From NCBI GenBank assembly GCA_016748015.1, contig JAAOMT010000620.1, positions 675,684-739,683 on the forward strand: a DNA stretch of 64,000 nucleotides, given 5' to 3'. Of this stretch, positions 38,007 to 50,200 are shown piece after piece. The stretch comes from Geosiphon pyriformis uo1 (lineage: Eukaryota; Fungi; Glomeromycota). Every line of letters begins with the position of its first letter. Position 1 is the stretch's first letter. Under the pieces are notes generated by a model. It was not told the DNA's origin. It saw nothing but the letters and a program-made list of their open reading frames with translations, and ran no database searches. A program made the translations under genes and the position numbers.

Positions 38007-41000
38007 TTATTTTCTTTTTTTAATATTAAGCTCTGTCGAGATTTCCCAAATCTCTTAACTCTAATTCTTTGTCATTGAGTATTTCTTGAACTTCTTTTTC
38101 GAGAACTGCTTGGGTTATTTTGTTCTGTAATTCTTTAAATTGAGTGTTGATTATTTTTCCCATTTGGTTCACTATAATGGAGTCCAATTCCAGATTAAGT
38201 AAGATTTTCAGTCTGTCTTGGAATCTCATATGTAGCCAATAAATAGCTCTTACTTATGTAGTCAAATTGTTCTTTCTCACAAATTGTTCCAGTTGTTGCA
38301 ATATTGTTGTGTCAAATAATTATTTTGTTTTATCCATGTATAAGTTTTGAATGTTCAAGTGCTGTCCCAAGTGGAAGTAACAAAAGTTCCTTGAAAATTC
38401 ATGTATCCACTATTTCCAAGTTTTTTTGGTCAATTCTTGATATATGATAATACTTGTTGGTTCTTTTATTGCTAATTTTATTTTCAAAACCATTTTGTCG
38501 ATAGTGTTTTCTGTTTTCCTTTGACTTTTGTATTTAAATATCTTTTTGGTATCTCAGTATCGAATGGTTTGTTGATTGATAGTAATTTCCATATTCTGTT
38601 GTTGAATTAGTTGGAAAAATTGTTGTGCTAATGAGTAGATATTGTCAGTAATTTCTATTTTTCTGAAGTTTTTTGTCACATCTATCATATTTTTATATAC
38701 TCTTTTTATTGTTCAATTTTATGTGTTTGGTCCAATAATTATGATTGATTCCAGATCTCATGGAATCTCTTCTGGTTGGACTAGTATTTTCTGTACTCCT
38801 AATTGTGAAATATTACTAATGGATGGTGACACTATATGGTAATATGGTTTTAGTCGATCACCATGTGTTGCTTTGGCTAAAATTTTGTTGTTTTATCTTA
38901 ATTTATAAGCTCCATTTCTTCTATGTAAAATGGTCCATCCTATTTGGGGTCAAATTTTCCACTCCATTGTTTTTCTGTCTTAGTACGATATAGAAGTACT
39001 TTGTCTCCAATTTTGAATTCAACTGGTTTATCTGGTAGTTGGTTATTGTGTCTTTTTTTTTGTTTCTCTTGTAACTTTTGGATGTTATCAGCTGTTTTTT
39101 GCCATTTGTTTTCTAATGTCTCCATTAAGTCATATGTTCTTCTTAGCAATGTTTTTTAGAAATTTTCTTCTGTTATTGGTTCTGTTGAATATGTTTTGAC
39201 TTCTATCTCAACTGGTAATGTTGTTGTTTTACTATATATTAATTCAAATGGTGTTGCTTGTGTAGTGTCTTGTTTTATTGTTCGATATGCAAATAATACT
39301 GATGGTATAATTAAATCCCATTTGTCCTAGTTTTCTTAGCTAATTTTGACTATTGCTTCACACAGTGTTCTGTTGAACTTTTTGACTAACCCATTTGTTT
39401 GTAGATGGTATGGTGATAATAATGGTCTTTTTATTTCAAATCTTTGGCTTAATTCTGCTAATGTTCTATTTACAAAGTGAGTTCCTTGATCAGATAATAA
39501 TTCTTTTAAACATTCATGTTGACAGATTAGATTTTAATGAACAAATTTGGCAATGGATTTTGTATTTGCTCTTTGAATGGCTTTTGCTTCTGGCCATTTA
39601 GTAAGATAGTCCATGACTACTGCAATATATCTGTTGCCTCTGCTGGTAATTATTAATGGTCCAACTAAGTCAATTCCAATGTGATCGAATGGTTGTCCCA
39701 CTTTGATTGGTCTCAATAGTTTACTGAGTTTTGTTTCTTCTTTTTTCTGACAAGTATTACAGTTTTGAACATACTGGATAATGTCTGGATATATTGATGG
39801 CCAATAGTATCTTCTCCTAGTTTTTTCCATGGTTGCTTCTTTATGAAAATGTCCTGCTGTTGGATCTGAGTGCATGTTAAACAATATTGTCTCTTTTTTT
39901 GGTTTTGTAATTACTCTTGTTGATTGGTCTGGATTTCTTCTGTTTTTCTGGTAAAGTATATTTTGATGATTGATAAAATATTTTGATTGTTGTTTTATGT
40001 TGTTTTGTTTTTTTTGAGATAATTTCTCCTTGAACAATTGGGTATTTATATAATGTTGGAGTTGTTGGTATTTTTGTATATTCATCTTTTGTTATATTTT
40101 TGGGTTGAAATGTTTTTAGATTTGTCTCATTTGCAACAAACTGTTAGCATTTCCATTGTCTTTTTCTTTTTTATAATGTACTATATAATTGAATAGTGAA
40201 AGTTCTATTTTCTATTTGGCATGGTGGTTATCTCCAAATTTTTTGCTTTTGAATTGAAGTCTATCTCTTGTGATTAGTGTACACCTCAAACTTTTGACTC
40301 AAGTATTCTTTCCATTTGATAACAGCCCAATAGATAGCTAAGTATTCCAGTGCTAGAGTTCTATAGTTTTTTTTGGCTGGACTTAAGCTTCTATTGGCAT
40401 AAGCTACTGGGTGTTCTCGTCCATCAGGTTCTTTCTAAGATAATACTGTTTTCAATGCTTGACCAGATGTATCAGTTGTAATTATGAATGACTTGCTATG
40501 ATCCGGATAGATTAGTACTGGAGCTTGAATAAACTTTTCTTTTAATGTATTAAAAGCTTTTTGCTAGGTTTCTGTTCATTCATATTTGGTGTTCTTTGTT
40601 TGGAGCTAGTGTAGTAATTGAGCTATTTTGGAATAGTTTTTGATGAAGTGGTAGTAGTATTCAGCAAATTCCAAGAATGCTCTTAATTCTGTAAGATTAT
40701 TTGGTACTGGAAAGTTTTTGACAATCTCAATTTTGTCTGGATCTGTTTTGATTCCATCCTTGCTTACAACATGTCCTAAAAACTTAAGTTCAGTTTTTCC
40801 AAAGAAACATTTGGTTGTATTTAGTTTTAATCCGGCTCTTCTTAGTCTTTCAAACACTTATTAGAGATGATGCAGATGATCATTGAATGTTTTTGAGAAC
40901 ACATTGGTGTCATCCAAGTATATAACTACTGATTTCTATAATAGTTTAGTATAAACAATTTCCATAAGTCACTGGAAAGTGGCTAAAGTATTCATCAAGC

Positions 41001-41944
41001 CAAATAGCATTACTTCGAATTCAAAGTTTTCTTCTTGAGTTGTGAATGCCATTTTCTTTTTGTCTTCTGGTTTCATGGCTATTTGTCAGTAATTGCTGTC
41101 TAAGTCTAATGTTGAAAACCATTTTTTTCCTCCAAAAGCATCAAAAAGTTTTTGGATCTTTGGAGTTGGATAGCTGTCTCCTTTTGTTACTCCATTCAGT
41201 TTTCTGTAATCTACACAAAAGCAGATTTTCCTATTTTTTTTATAAACTAATACCACTGGTAATGACCATGGACTCATTGATGGCTGAATTAGCTCATTGT
41301 CAAGCATTTAATTGATTTTTTAACAAATGATCTCATGGCTAGCTGGTGGTATTCTATATGCTTTCTGTTTAATTGATATTGCATCTTCAGTCTTGATTTG
41401 GTGTTGGATGATGTCAGTTCTGCCAAATTTATTTTCACTTGCAAAAATGTTATTGAAGTTGTTAAATAACATCTTGAGTTGCATATGTTGTAATGGATTT
41501 AGATTTCCCAAGTTCATCTGTTCTAATTGTTCTGGTTGGAGCAAATAATATTTTTTTTGTCTGTATATGGTTTTAGATGTAATATTTACATATCCATACA
41601 GTTGTGGAAAGTCTGAAATGGTGTCTAGAAGTTGGTCTTTAATTTCTGTAGTTAAGTATCTGATGGTAGTTTTTGCTAGTATCTTGATAATATTTTTTGT
41701 GTTATTGTAAATGAAAATTTTGATGTGACTGTAGTTCTTTGCTGATATGTGTAAATTAACCAATTCAATTTCTCCTGATTTATAAAGTGTTGCTTCTGCT
41801 TCAAAAATCTGAACTTGATCCTTTACTTTTCTCTTTATAACTACTATGTACTGGTCATATGGTAAAATAAAAATTGGTTGATGGATGAAGATAATTTCTC
41901 CCTTATCAATACTTTTTTTTTTGCCATATTAACCAGTATATCTA

Positions 41945-42325
41945 TTCTACCTGTTGATCTAAATTCTTGTATTTCTCTTGCTGTTATCTCTAATTCTTTC
42001 CTGTTTCCTACTGATATTAATTGAGCTACTTTAACTAGAGATAAAAATATTGCCTGTGCTATCTTTTCATTTGGATCTATAATATATGCCTTTTCTGAGT
42101 TATTTTGTAGCATAGCAATAATATTTCCTACATATTCTATATCAATTATTCCTCCTTTGATGTTAATTTCTTTTTTTGCTAAAATACTCTTAGATACTAG
42201 TTAAACCATGGTTGTTGCTAAGATTTCCAGTGCTATTTTGAGATCAATATAGGTGCACAAATGAGGTTCCAATTTGATGAGATTTTTTTCTGGATATCTT
42301 AGATCAAACTCTGTATTGGTATTAT
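41945..42325 (-). pseudogene. dUTPase domain inside Gypsy pol (between protease and RT)
   Basis: All five trimeric dUTPase motifs are recognisable despite decay: (DAG)FDLRYP, S(R)S.LAKK, GGIID..YVGNI, EKIAQAIF, R(G)IQ(G)F(G)STGR. Confidence 0.88.
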
Positions 42326-45300
42326 GCATATGTTCTGACATAATACCTTCATTATTATTGCTGAACCATTTCAGTTTCTGCTTCTTGATAAGGTCAAGAA
42401 GTGCAATACATATTTCAGGATTTGAATTGGTGTCTGAGTCATTATTATTTTTATTGCCATATTGAGCAAAGCTGGAACTGTTATTTTCATCATCATCATT
42501 GTTGGAGTTTGAATTAAGATTGAGAGTTAATTCCAATTCTGATGTGCAGCTGCTGATTGGTCCATTTTCCTCTGTAATTGTGTAGATCATATATGTTGGT
42601 GGATTGCAAATGAAGTTATACTCATTACAATATTGAAAGTCACAGAGAATTAAACAATGTTGATATAATTAAGTATTTAACTGCTTTAAATACTGTTCTT
42701 GTTTTTTTCTAGTGAGTGCTAAATTTTAATAGTGCTTATGGAATTCTTTGGGGCCTGTTTCCAGGTCTAGGAAAGCATTTGAGTTGGAAACCAATACAAT
42801 GTTAACTGGTTTTAGAAAGTTGTTCTTGATTTCTAGTATTTCGCTAGGCATGGTGTTTTCTATTTTGGCATTTGCCATCTACCAAATCTCATCTTCATCG
42901 TGTGAGTAACCATCCAAGCAGAAGATTGCTTAGTGTTAAGTAGCAGTAACAGATGTTCCATGACTTATCCAGTTGCTGATGAGGATTGTGTATTGGCATG
43001 AAGCATCACATGTTCCTCCTTGACCAAGAATGTCATTCCACATTCCTTTGTCAAGCAACTGTTCTCCACAAACGAGACATGGTTCATTGTCCCACTTGCT
43101 TTGTCACTTTGGATAGTCATACTGTTTTTTGTGGCATGGCTTGTAGTAATAGTGGGTTTGCATCCAATAATCTTTGTCTGGCGTGACCCAAGCTTCTATA
43201 GAAGAATGTTTTTTCTTACAGTCTTTGCATTTGAGAGGTATGTATGGTGATTTTTTTATTGGTTCCTATGAGTACTTTCTTTTCCAGCCACTAGTTGTTT
43301 CTTCTGTGGTAGTGGTTTCTTTGGATAGGTTTTTTTTTTTTTTTTTTCCTTTCTCTTTGTTGGTTTTTTCTCATTCCCAAGTTGGCAGTTTGTCTAAGCC
43401 ATTGTTAGTTTTTCAGATTTGGTTTATGTTCTAAGTAAGTTCTTCCTTTTGTGTTCTTTTTTTGTCGTCATCTCAAGAGAGTATTGGCAGTAGTTCAATG
43501 TGATCTTTGTCAGTCCATGACACTTGATAGGCTTCCCAAAGAAGTTTGTTTATCTCTTCCTCGAGTTCTATCAATGATGTTGATATATTGTTGGTCTTGA
43601 AATAACCACATATTACTGGTGTTTGCATATGTTGGCCATTTTGGCTAATTTGCAATTCTTGAATGATCTAGTCAAACATCACATTGGTTTTGGACAGCCA
43701 ATTGTTCCCAATTAGAGCTTGATATTGGGTGGCTTCCATAACTAATACTTTGATTGGCACTATGATGTCATTAACCTTTATTGGAAGATCATTAATCTTG
43801 CTGATGGGAGTTTTGGTTGCTCCATTAGCAGTGATTATGCATGCACTGGCAGCACAATCAACTTGGTAATCTAATTGGTCCATGAGTTGTCATGTAATGA
43901 TGCTGCCAGCTGATTCACTGTCTAGAATCAGTTTGATAGCATAACTATCCACTTTCACATTAGTGTACATGGCAGTGATCAGTTTGGTATTAAGAATGGC
44001 TCCACTGAATAATGAGACTAATATGGTTTTTTCAAGTTCAAAAGGAAAAATAGCTGGTAGAGATTTGTCGTTAGAGATGGTTGCTGATGGAATATTGCTA
44101 ATAAGTGGCTGTATTTGTGTGGGTTCCCAATTGTTGGGTAAGGTGTTTTCTGGGGTAATCAGAAGACTTAAATACTGTTGGACATTTGGGTTTTGGGTGT
44201 ACTTGGTGCCCAAATTCCATTGTTGAGATTTTGATGACTGGGTTGAGGAACTGGAAATCGGTTAATAGATTACCATTAATAATTTTCAGCTCTGTTGGGT
44301 CAGTCTTGGCCTTTGGGTTCCATTTTGAGGTAAGTTTGTGGTGGTGTTTGAATTTGTTGGGATTGATAGATAGGCTGGGACTGCGGTTGATAAATTATGG
44401 GTGTTGTTGGCTAATAAACTGGTGGTTGATAGATTGGCTGTTATGTCATAGGTAGGTAATTTGGTTAATATTGTTCCAGTAATTAATTACTGATGTAATT
44501 CTGTGATTGTAGTCAGTGATTGAAGTTTTGATACTGATTAGTTGATCTTAGGTCACTTATCTTTTTTCGGCATTCAAATTGCAAATGTCTTTATTTACCA
44601 CAATAGTGGCATACATGCATTTTCTGTTACCATGGTTAATTAATTGACAATGCTAAACACAATTGATTTTGGGCACAATTTGAGTTTCCTTGATTATTGT
44701 GTTATTGGAGAGATTAATAAATTGCAAAATTGTCAGCTAAGTACCTTTCTAATTTCTGATTGATTGAATCATTAAATTGTTTTAGTTTAGAATCCAATTC
44801 AGATAATCTGTTCATTACTAGATTTATGGCTTGGACATGGTTTGCTTTGAATTCAGCTGATTCAAAATCTCTGGCATTTATAACTACTGCTTAAAAGTCT
44901 ACTGAATGCATTGGGCATATGCGTTGGAGGATGCTACTACACAGTTCTCTAATGAATTGATTTAGAATTTGTGGTGCTGTAAAATAATCAGCCTATATGG
45001 CCTGAATTTGGCACAGATTTCTGTGGAAGTGTTCTAAGTAAGTAGTAACTGCTTCATTTTTTTCTTGTTTGATGGTGGTGAAGATGTTGGCTAGGCAATT
45101 AATACTGTTATTATTACTAAAATATCCCAGAAATGCAACTTTAAATTCCTTGAATGTTTGAGATTTGGTGACTAAACTTTGATACCACGAGTTGGCGGTA
45201 TCCTATAAGAAATAGGAGATGGCTTGGAGTGCTTTCATGTTGTTCTATCTGTTGGCCATGATGGTTTTTTCAATGTCATTAAACCAGATTTGGGTGTTGT

Positions 45301-46388
45301 CTTCTTCACCAGTGAATTTCTTGAGTTTTGCTATTAAAGCATAGGCCATTGGATCCAAGTTTGGTTGTTGAAGTTGTTGTTGCAGCTGTTGAAGTGGCTG
45401 TTATGGTTGTTGGAGTGGTTGAAGTGGTTGCTGTTGAATTAGTTCAATAACCAGTTCAATTGGTGGTTGATCAATGATGAGTACTGGAAATAAGTTTTGC
45501 TGATTAATTGTTTCAGAGTTTGTATTGTTCGGATTTTGAGGAGTTTGAAAGTTCAGAGTTTTAGTTTCTGGATTTTTTAAATTTGGATTTTGCTGAGTCT
45601 AAAAGTGCAGAGTTTTAATGTTCTGGTTTTTCAGAATCAGTTTTTGGTAAGTAAATTCTTGATCTTTGGCTTCTTCTTTTTTCTTGTTCTCTGATTCTGT
45701 TATTTTCTAGGGACTCGTATTTCTGAAATCTGGTTGAAGTGGTAGTGATTAGAATCTTGATGACATTGGCAATTATGATTTAAATTTTTCAAAATAATTG
45801 CCATAGGTTCTTAGTAATTCTGCTTTCTTTTGTTTATTTTGAAAGGGAAGTTGCCCAAATGTTGATGTTGTGTTTGATGTGGATGTGCCTGTTGATGAAA
45901 TGTTAATAGCACTTCCTAGTATATAATAGTATGATAGATTGGTTGGTAATTCAACTTTGGTTTTCTTCCAAATAGGTGGTTGTATTTGTTTTGGTGTTAC
46001 TGTTGGTGTTTGCAATCTTCCCTTGCCTTTGTCTGCATATGTGATTGGGAATTGTTGTTGTGTATATCTTTCAATGGTTTGGTTTATTTCCTTGATAATT
46101 GGTGCAAAACTGTAGTTTCTTGGTAAGCTGGTATGTTGAAATAATTCTGTATAGAAATTTTCTCTTGCAAATTCAATGTTAACTGTTCTTCTTAAACAGT
46201 CTGTGATTTTGTCATTAACGTAGAAATTAAAGACTGATTTTGCTGAAAAGTAGTTATTATTTAATCCTAATTGTTGGCTGTACTGTTAAAAAAAAAATTT
46301 GGCAAATCCTAAATGGTTTGCTTCTATGATTTCTGATTCTGCCACTTTTGAATGATTGTAATTGGTGCTGGTTTTCTATAAAATTATA

Positions 46389-46407
46389 CCTCACAGAGAG
46401 CACCAAA
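46389..46407 (-). other. tRNA primer-binding site of Gypsy family A
   Basis: TTTGGTGCTCTCTGTGAGG lies immediately inside the 5' LTR and is complementary to a tRNA 3' end ...CCUCACAGAGAGCACCA (Ile-UAU/elongator-Met-like; identity not verified). Confidence 0.8.
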
Positions 46408-47261
46408 TATTACAGATAATTATTTGAAGTCTTAAAGCAAATAACAAAACCGTAACTTGGTGCTTGGTTGGTATTCTGACATTGATATCTGAAGGTTTTG
46501 TTGATCTGAAGGTTTGGTTGTAAAGTTTTTTGTATAATGAACAGAGATTTAATGATTATCTTTCCAGTAGCCTTCCAGAATTGCAATTCTGTCGAATTTT
46601 TTTCTCAGCATAGTGGCTGGTAATCTTGGCAAAGATGCTTTTCTGGTAAGCTATCCTTAAATTCTCAGTTCCTATACCTTCTTTTAGAGTCTTTTATCAG
46701 GCTATCTGCAACATCAATAACTCAGTGTTTAATTTTCAAGTAATTAGTAAAACAAAGAAATAACCAAAATAAAAGAAGATAAAGAAATGAATAAAAGCAA
46801 TTGCAAGTTAGTATCCCATTAATAGCTGTGATCAAGAGCTATTGTTCCAGTATGATTAAGTATCAATTACTATCAACATGAAGTGTTAATAATGAAGAGT
46901 GAAATTAAGATAAAGAATAATTATTTATTGATATTTGTGAATTGGAAGGTCACTTAGATGAAATCTAAACTGGGAGATCTGTTTTTTCTACTTCTAATGC
47001 TACCACTATATATACATAATTAAGATTCCTCAATTTCTCAATTCTTTACACCAAGAATCCTGGAATTCCTGGAATTCTGCAATTCTTTTTGAAAAGAATT
47101 CTGGAATTCTGGAATCCTGTAATTCCTTTGTATGAAAATCTTGCAATTCCTGGAATTCTGCAATTTTTCATGAGAGAAATCTTGGAATTCTACATTTACT
47201 ATGGTTACTTCTAATTGGCTAATTTATATGCTAATATACTTCTTATATTTTATGAGTAATA
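46408..47261 (-). repeat. 5' LTR of Gypsy family A element (~854 bp)
   Basis: Aligns with 37151-38006. Both termini are eroded TG/CA>TA. It contains the GGAATTCC-type array and a TATA-like box. Confidence 0.9.
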
Positions 47262-50200
47262 CTGTTCAAAAGACTTCAAACTATACAGAAAAGGGTGGTA
47301 AACAGCATCATTGGGAAAATTGAGCAGCAAGCCAGATTTGGATTTTAGACTCTTGCAAATCATAATGTCTTACTTTACACACATATTGACAGAAACAAAA
47401 CTGAACTGAGTCTTGTAAGCAATAATGGGATGAAGAACTGCTAACACCAAATACAAGAACTGTTTGTCAGAAACAGCCTTTTTTAGCACAAGATTGGTAA
47501 AAAACTGGACATCCAAATGAGCTTTAGCCAAGCTAGACTTTGACAACTCCTCAATAGACAAAAAAATGCTCAGATATTGATAAGACTCTCCCTTCTTGGC
47601 TATCAAAATAGGCAAACCACTAATCAGCAAACAAGGGTCAGAAACTTTGCAATTAATGAGAATGGCCACTGTTTTGTTATTATTGATTGAAATATTATTG
47701 ATCCAAAAAAATTTGCTGGCAATATTGAGAATATGTTGCATAGCAGTCTGGCTGCTACCAACCAAATTGTGTTATCAACAAAAGCATCTACAGCAAAAAA
47801 AAAATCAAACCAGCCTGGGATTCAGAACAGCCAGTTCTGGTTATGAAATAAAAGTTCAATCTGTATTCACACACACTTTCTTGTCTCTTGACTTCACACA
47901 AAAAAGAATCATAAAATATGCACCAAAGAAGAGGAGAAAACACCTCCCCTTGGTTCAAATTATCATGTACTTGATACCCATTAGTTAACCCAAAATCCAT
48001 CATAACCCTGTTGACCCAACCATTGTAAATGCCACCAAAAAACCAAATGAACTTGTTACATATCTTTATTCTAACTAAATTCTCTCTTAGATGCTCCCAG
48101 CCAACAGAATCATAAGCCTTCCACATGTTCTGCAAAACCAGTCACAGCTTATGGTTCTTTTCCAGAGCATCTTTAATGACTGATCTAATAGTGAAAATAG
48201 GAGACTGTGTAGTCATACCTTTTAAAACAGAAAAATTATCCCCTCTGAGAACATCAAACTTACTGTACACAAAAGAAATCCTGTCTAAAAGAATCTTGAA
48301 AAAGATTTTACAAGCCATCTCAATCAAAGCAATAGGATGGGTGTTTGTGAGAACATTTTTCCACTCATATGGTTTGGGAATCATTGACATCCAAGCCTCC
48401 TTCCAAGACCCAAAAACAAATTCACAATTCAAGCAAAAGTTCAAAAGCACCAAAAGCATATTCAAAACTGACTTGTTACAATGTTTCCATAACTTATTCG
48501 AGATACCAGAGAGACCAACCACTTTCTCATCAGACAAATCTGAAATGACACCAGACATCTCTCCAAAGTCAATTAAACACATCACATCAGAAAAAGCATC
48601 ATCAAAAACATACTTCAAAGGCTGATATTGGCAATACTATACACCAAAAACAACAGAAACCACATTGTGCTTTCTAGTCTATTCTTCCATGATCACATTC
48701 ACCTTGGTTCTAACCAAATCAGATTCCAAAACCAACTCATTACCCATGACCAAATGATCCAAAATCACTTTGCAAAAAGAACATTCCAGCATACTCCTAA
48801 TAGTATAACCCTTGTTTAATTCAAAACTTTCTATCTTCTTATCTATTGCTAACTTGATTCTAGATTCTCTAACACGTTTTGCTTCTGACATCTTGAAGGA
48901 GTAATACGACTTTCTAACCTTGGACAAAACTGACCAAATGGCATCATAGGAGGAACCTAACAGAAAAAAAAACTTCACTACAGAAGCATTAACTGAATCT
49001 AAACTCTACTTGTCAAACAAAAATGCAAATTCTTCAAAAGAGTCCAAACAAAATGCCTTAATTAACTTTAACACTAAGAACTCCAGCTTGTGAAACTTGG
49101 ATAACTTCTTAACAAAAACGTGATCATAGTCTTTGAACTACTTTCTCTTAAAAACTGCCTCAGCAGACAAACATAATACTTTACAAAGAGCAATCCACAT
49201 TGCATTTAAGTCTGATCACATTTTGGCCACAAGAAAATTATCATGGAATATAGCAGTATTTGCTGCCATATCATTCTTAAATTTGGCCCATTTAATATTA
49301 TCCGCATCTTTGAAATTGTACTTTTAACAATTTTTATTTGCTTGTTTGCAAACAGAATTTAATCAGACATCGAGCAGACCACCTAAACTCACCAACACTA
49401 AAACAGTCTGATGATCAGTATCAAAGTATTCCTCAACACCAAATATACCATGACCCACCACTGCATTGACCAAGCTCAAAAAAATGAGCATATAATCAAT
49501 TGTCTTAACAACGCCTCAAAAATTGGACCAAGTTGGCAACTTCTTACACAAGTTCTCACCCAAGACATTAACCAAACCAAAATCCAGGCATTTCTTGAAA
49601 CTTGCACACTTACAAGAACTGTTTTTATTAAAATCACCCCTGAAAATGACTAAAAAAGATTTATTGACAGCCTTTGCAATAAGAAGGTTGATATCACCAG
49701 CCTGAGAAAACTGAATCACTAAAAAGGCACCAGCATAAAGCCCTAAAATTGACACTGAAAGTTTATTTTTGAAAAGCAACTTGATAGACAGAAGCTAACC
49801 AGGCACCTCTGAAACTTTACATACATGTTTTACCAAAGAAGAGTTCATGACAACCACAACACTAGCATCCAGATGACCGGATTCTAAATCAGAGGTAAAC
49901 ACCTACACACCATTAAATTTGTTGACAATTCAGAAGCAAATCTTTCCTTTTAACTTTGATTCTGTGAAAATAGAAACTAAATTGTCCTTTTCTTTATGTC
50001 AATAAATAACATTATTCTGTTTTGCAGGATTGTTCATTCCTCTAACATTACAAGTTGTGACTTTTCAGATTATATTACTTATTAAGAAAAAATAGGAGTA
50101 GAAACCAAGCCATTATTGTTTATCTTAGCCAAAAAGCTCATAACTGTGATTGAAAGATTGTTCAATGTTTCCTCTATTTTTGAGATAACTGCAAAATCGA

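Larger units (their letters stand above)
36848..47261 (-). mobile_element. Full-length degenerate Ty3/Gypsy LTR retrotransposon, family A (gag-PR-Cys-rich-dUTPase-RT-RH-INT-ORF3)
   Basis: Perfect 4-bp TSD CTGT (36844-47 and 47262-65). LTRs 46408-47261 and 37151-38006, plus an extra LTR fragment at 36848-37150. Gag knuckle CHYCGK..H....C, protease LILDS.SAGS, RT SPWSLPVVLV..CVDYRKLN..YLDD, RNase H, integrase HSDPTAGH..CNTC..IGIDLVGP..DYLTKWPEA and a GPF motif. Confidence 0.95.
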
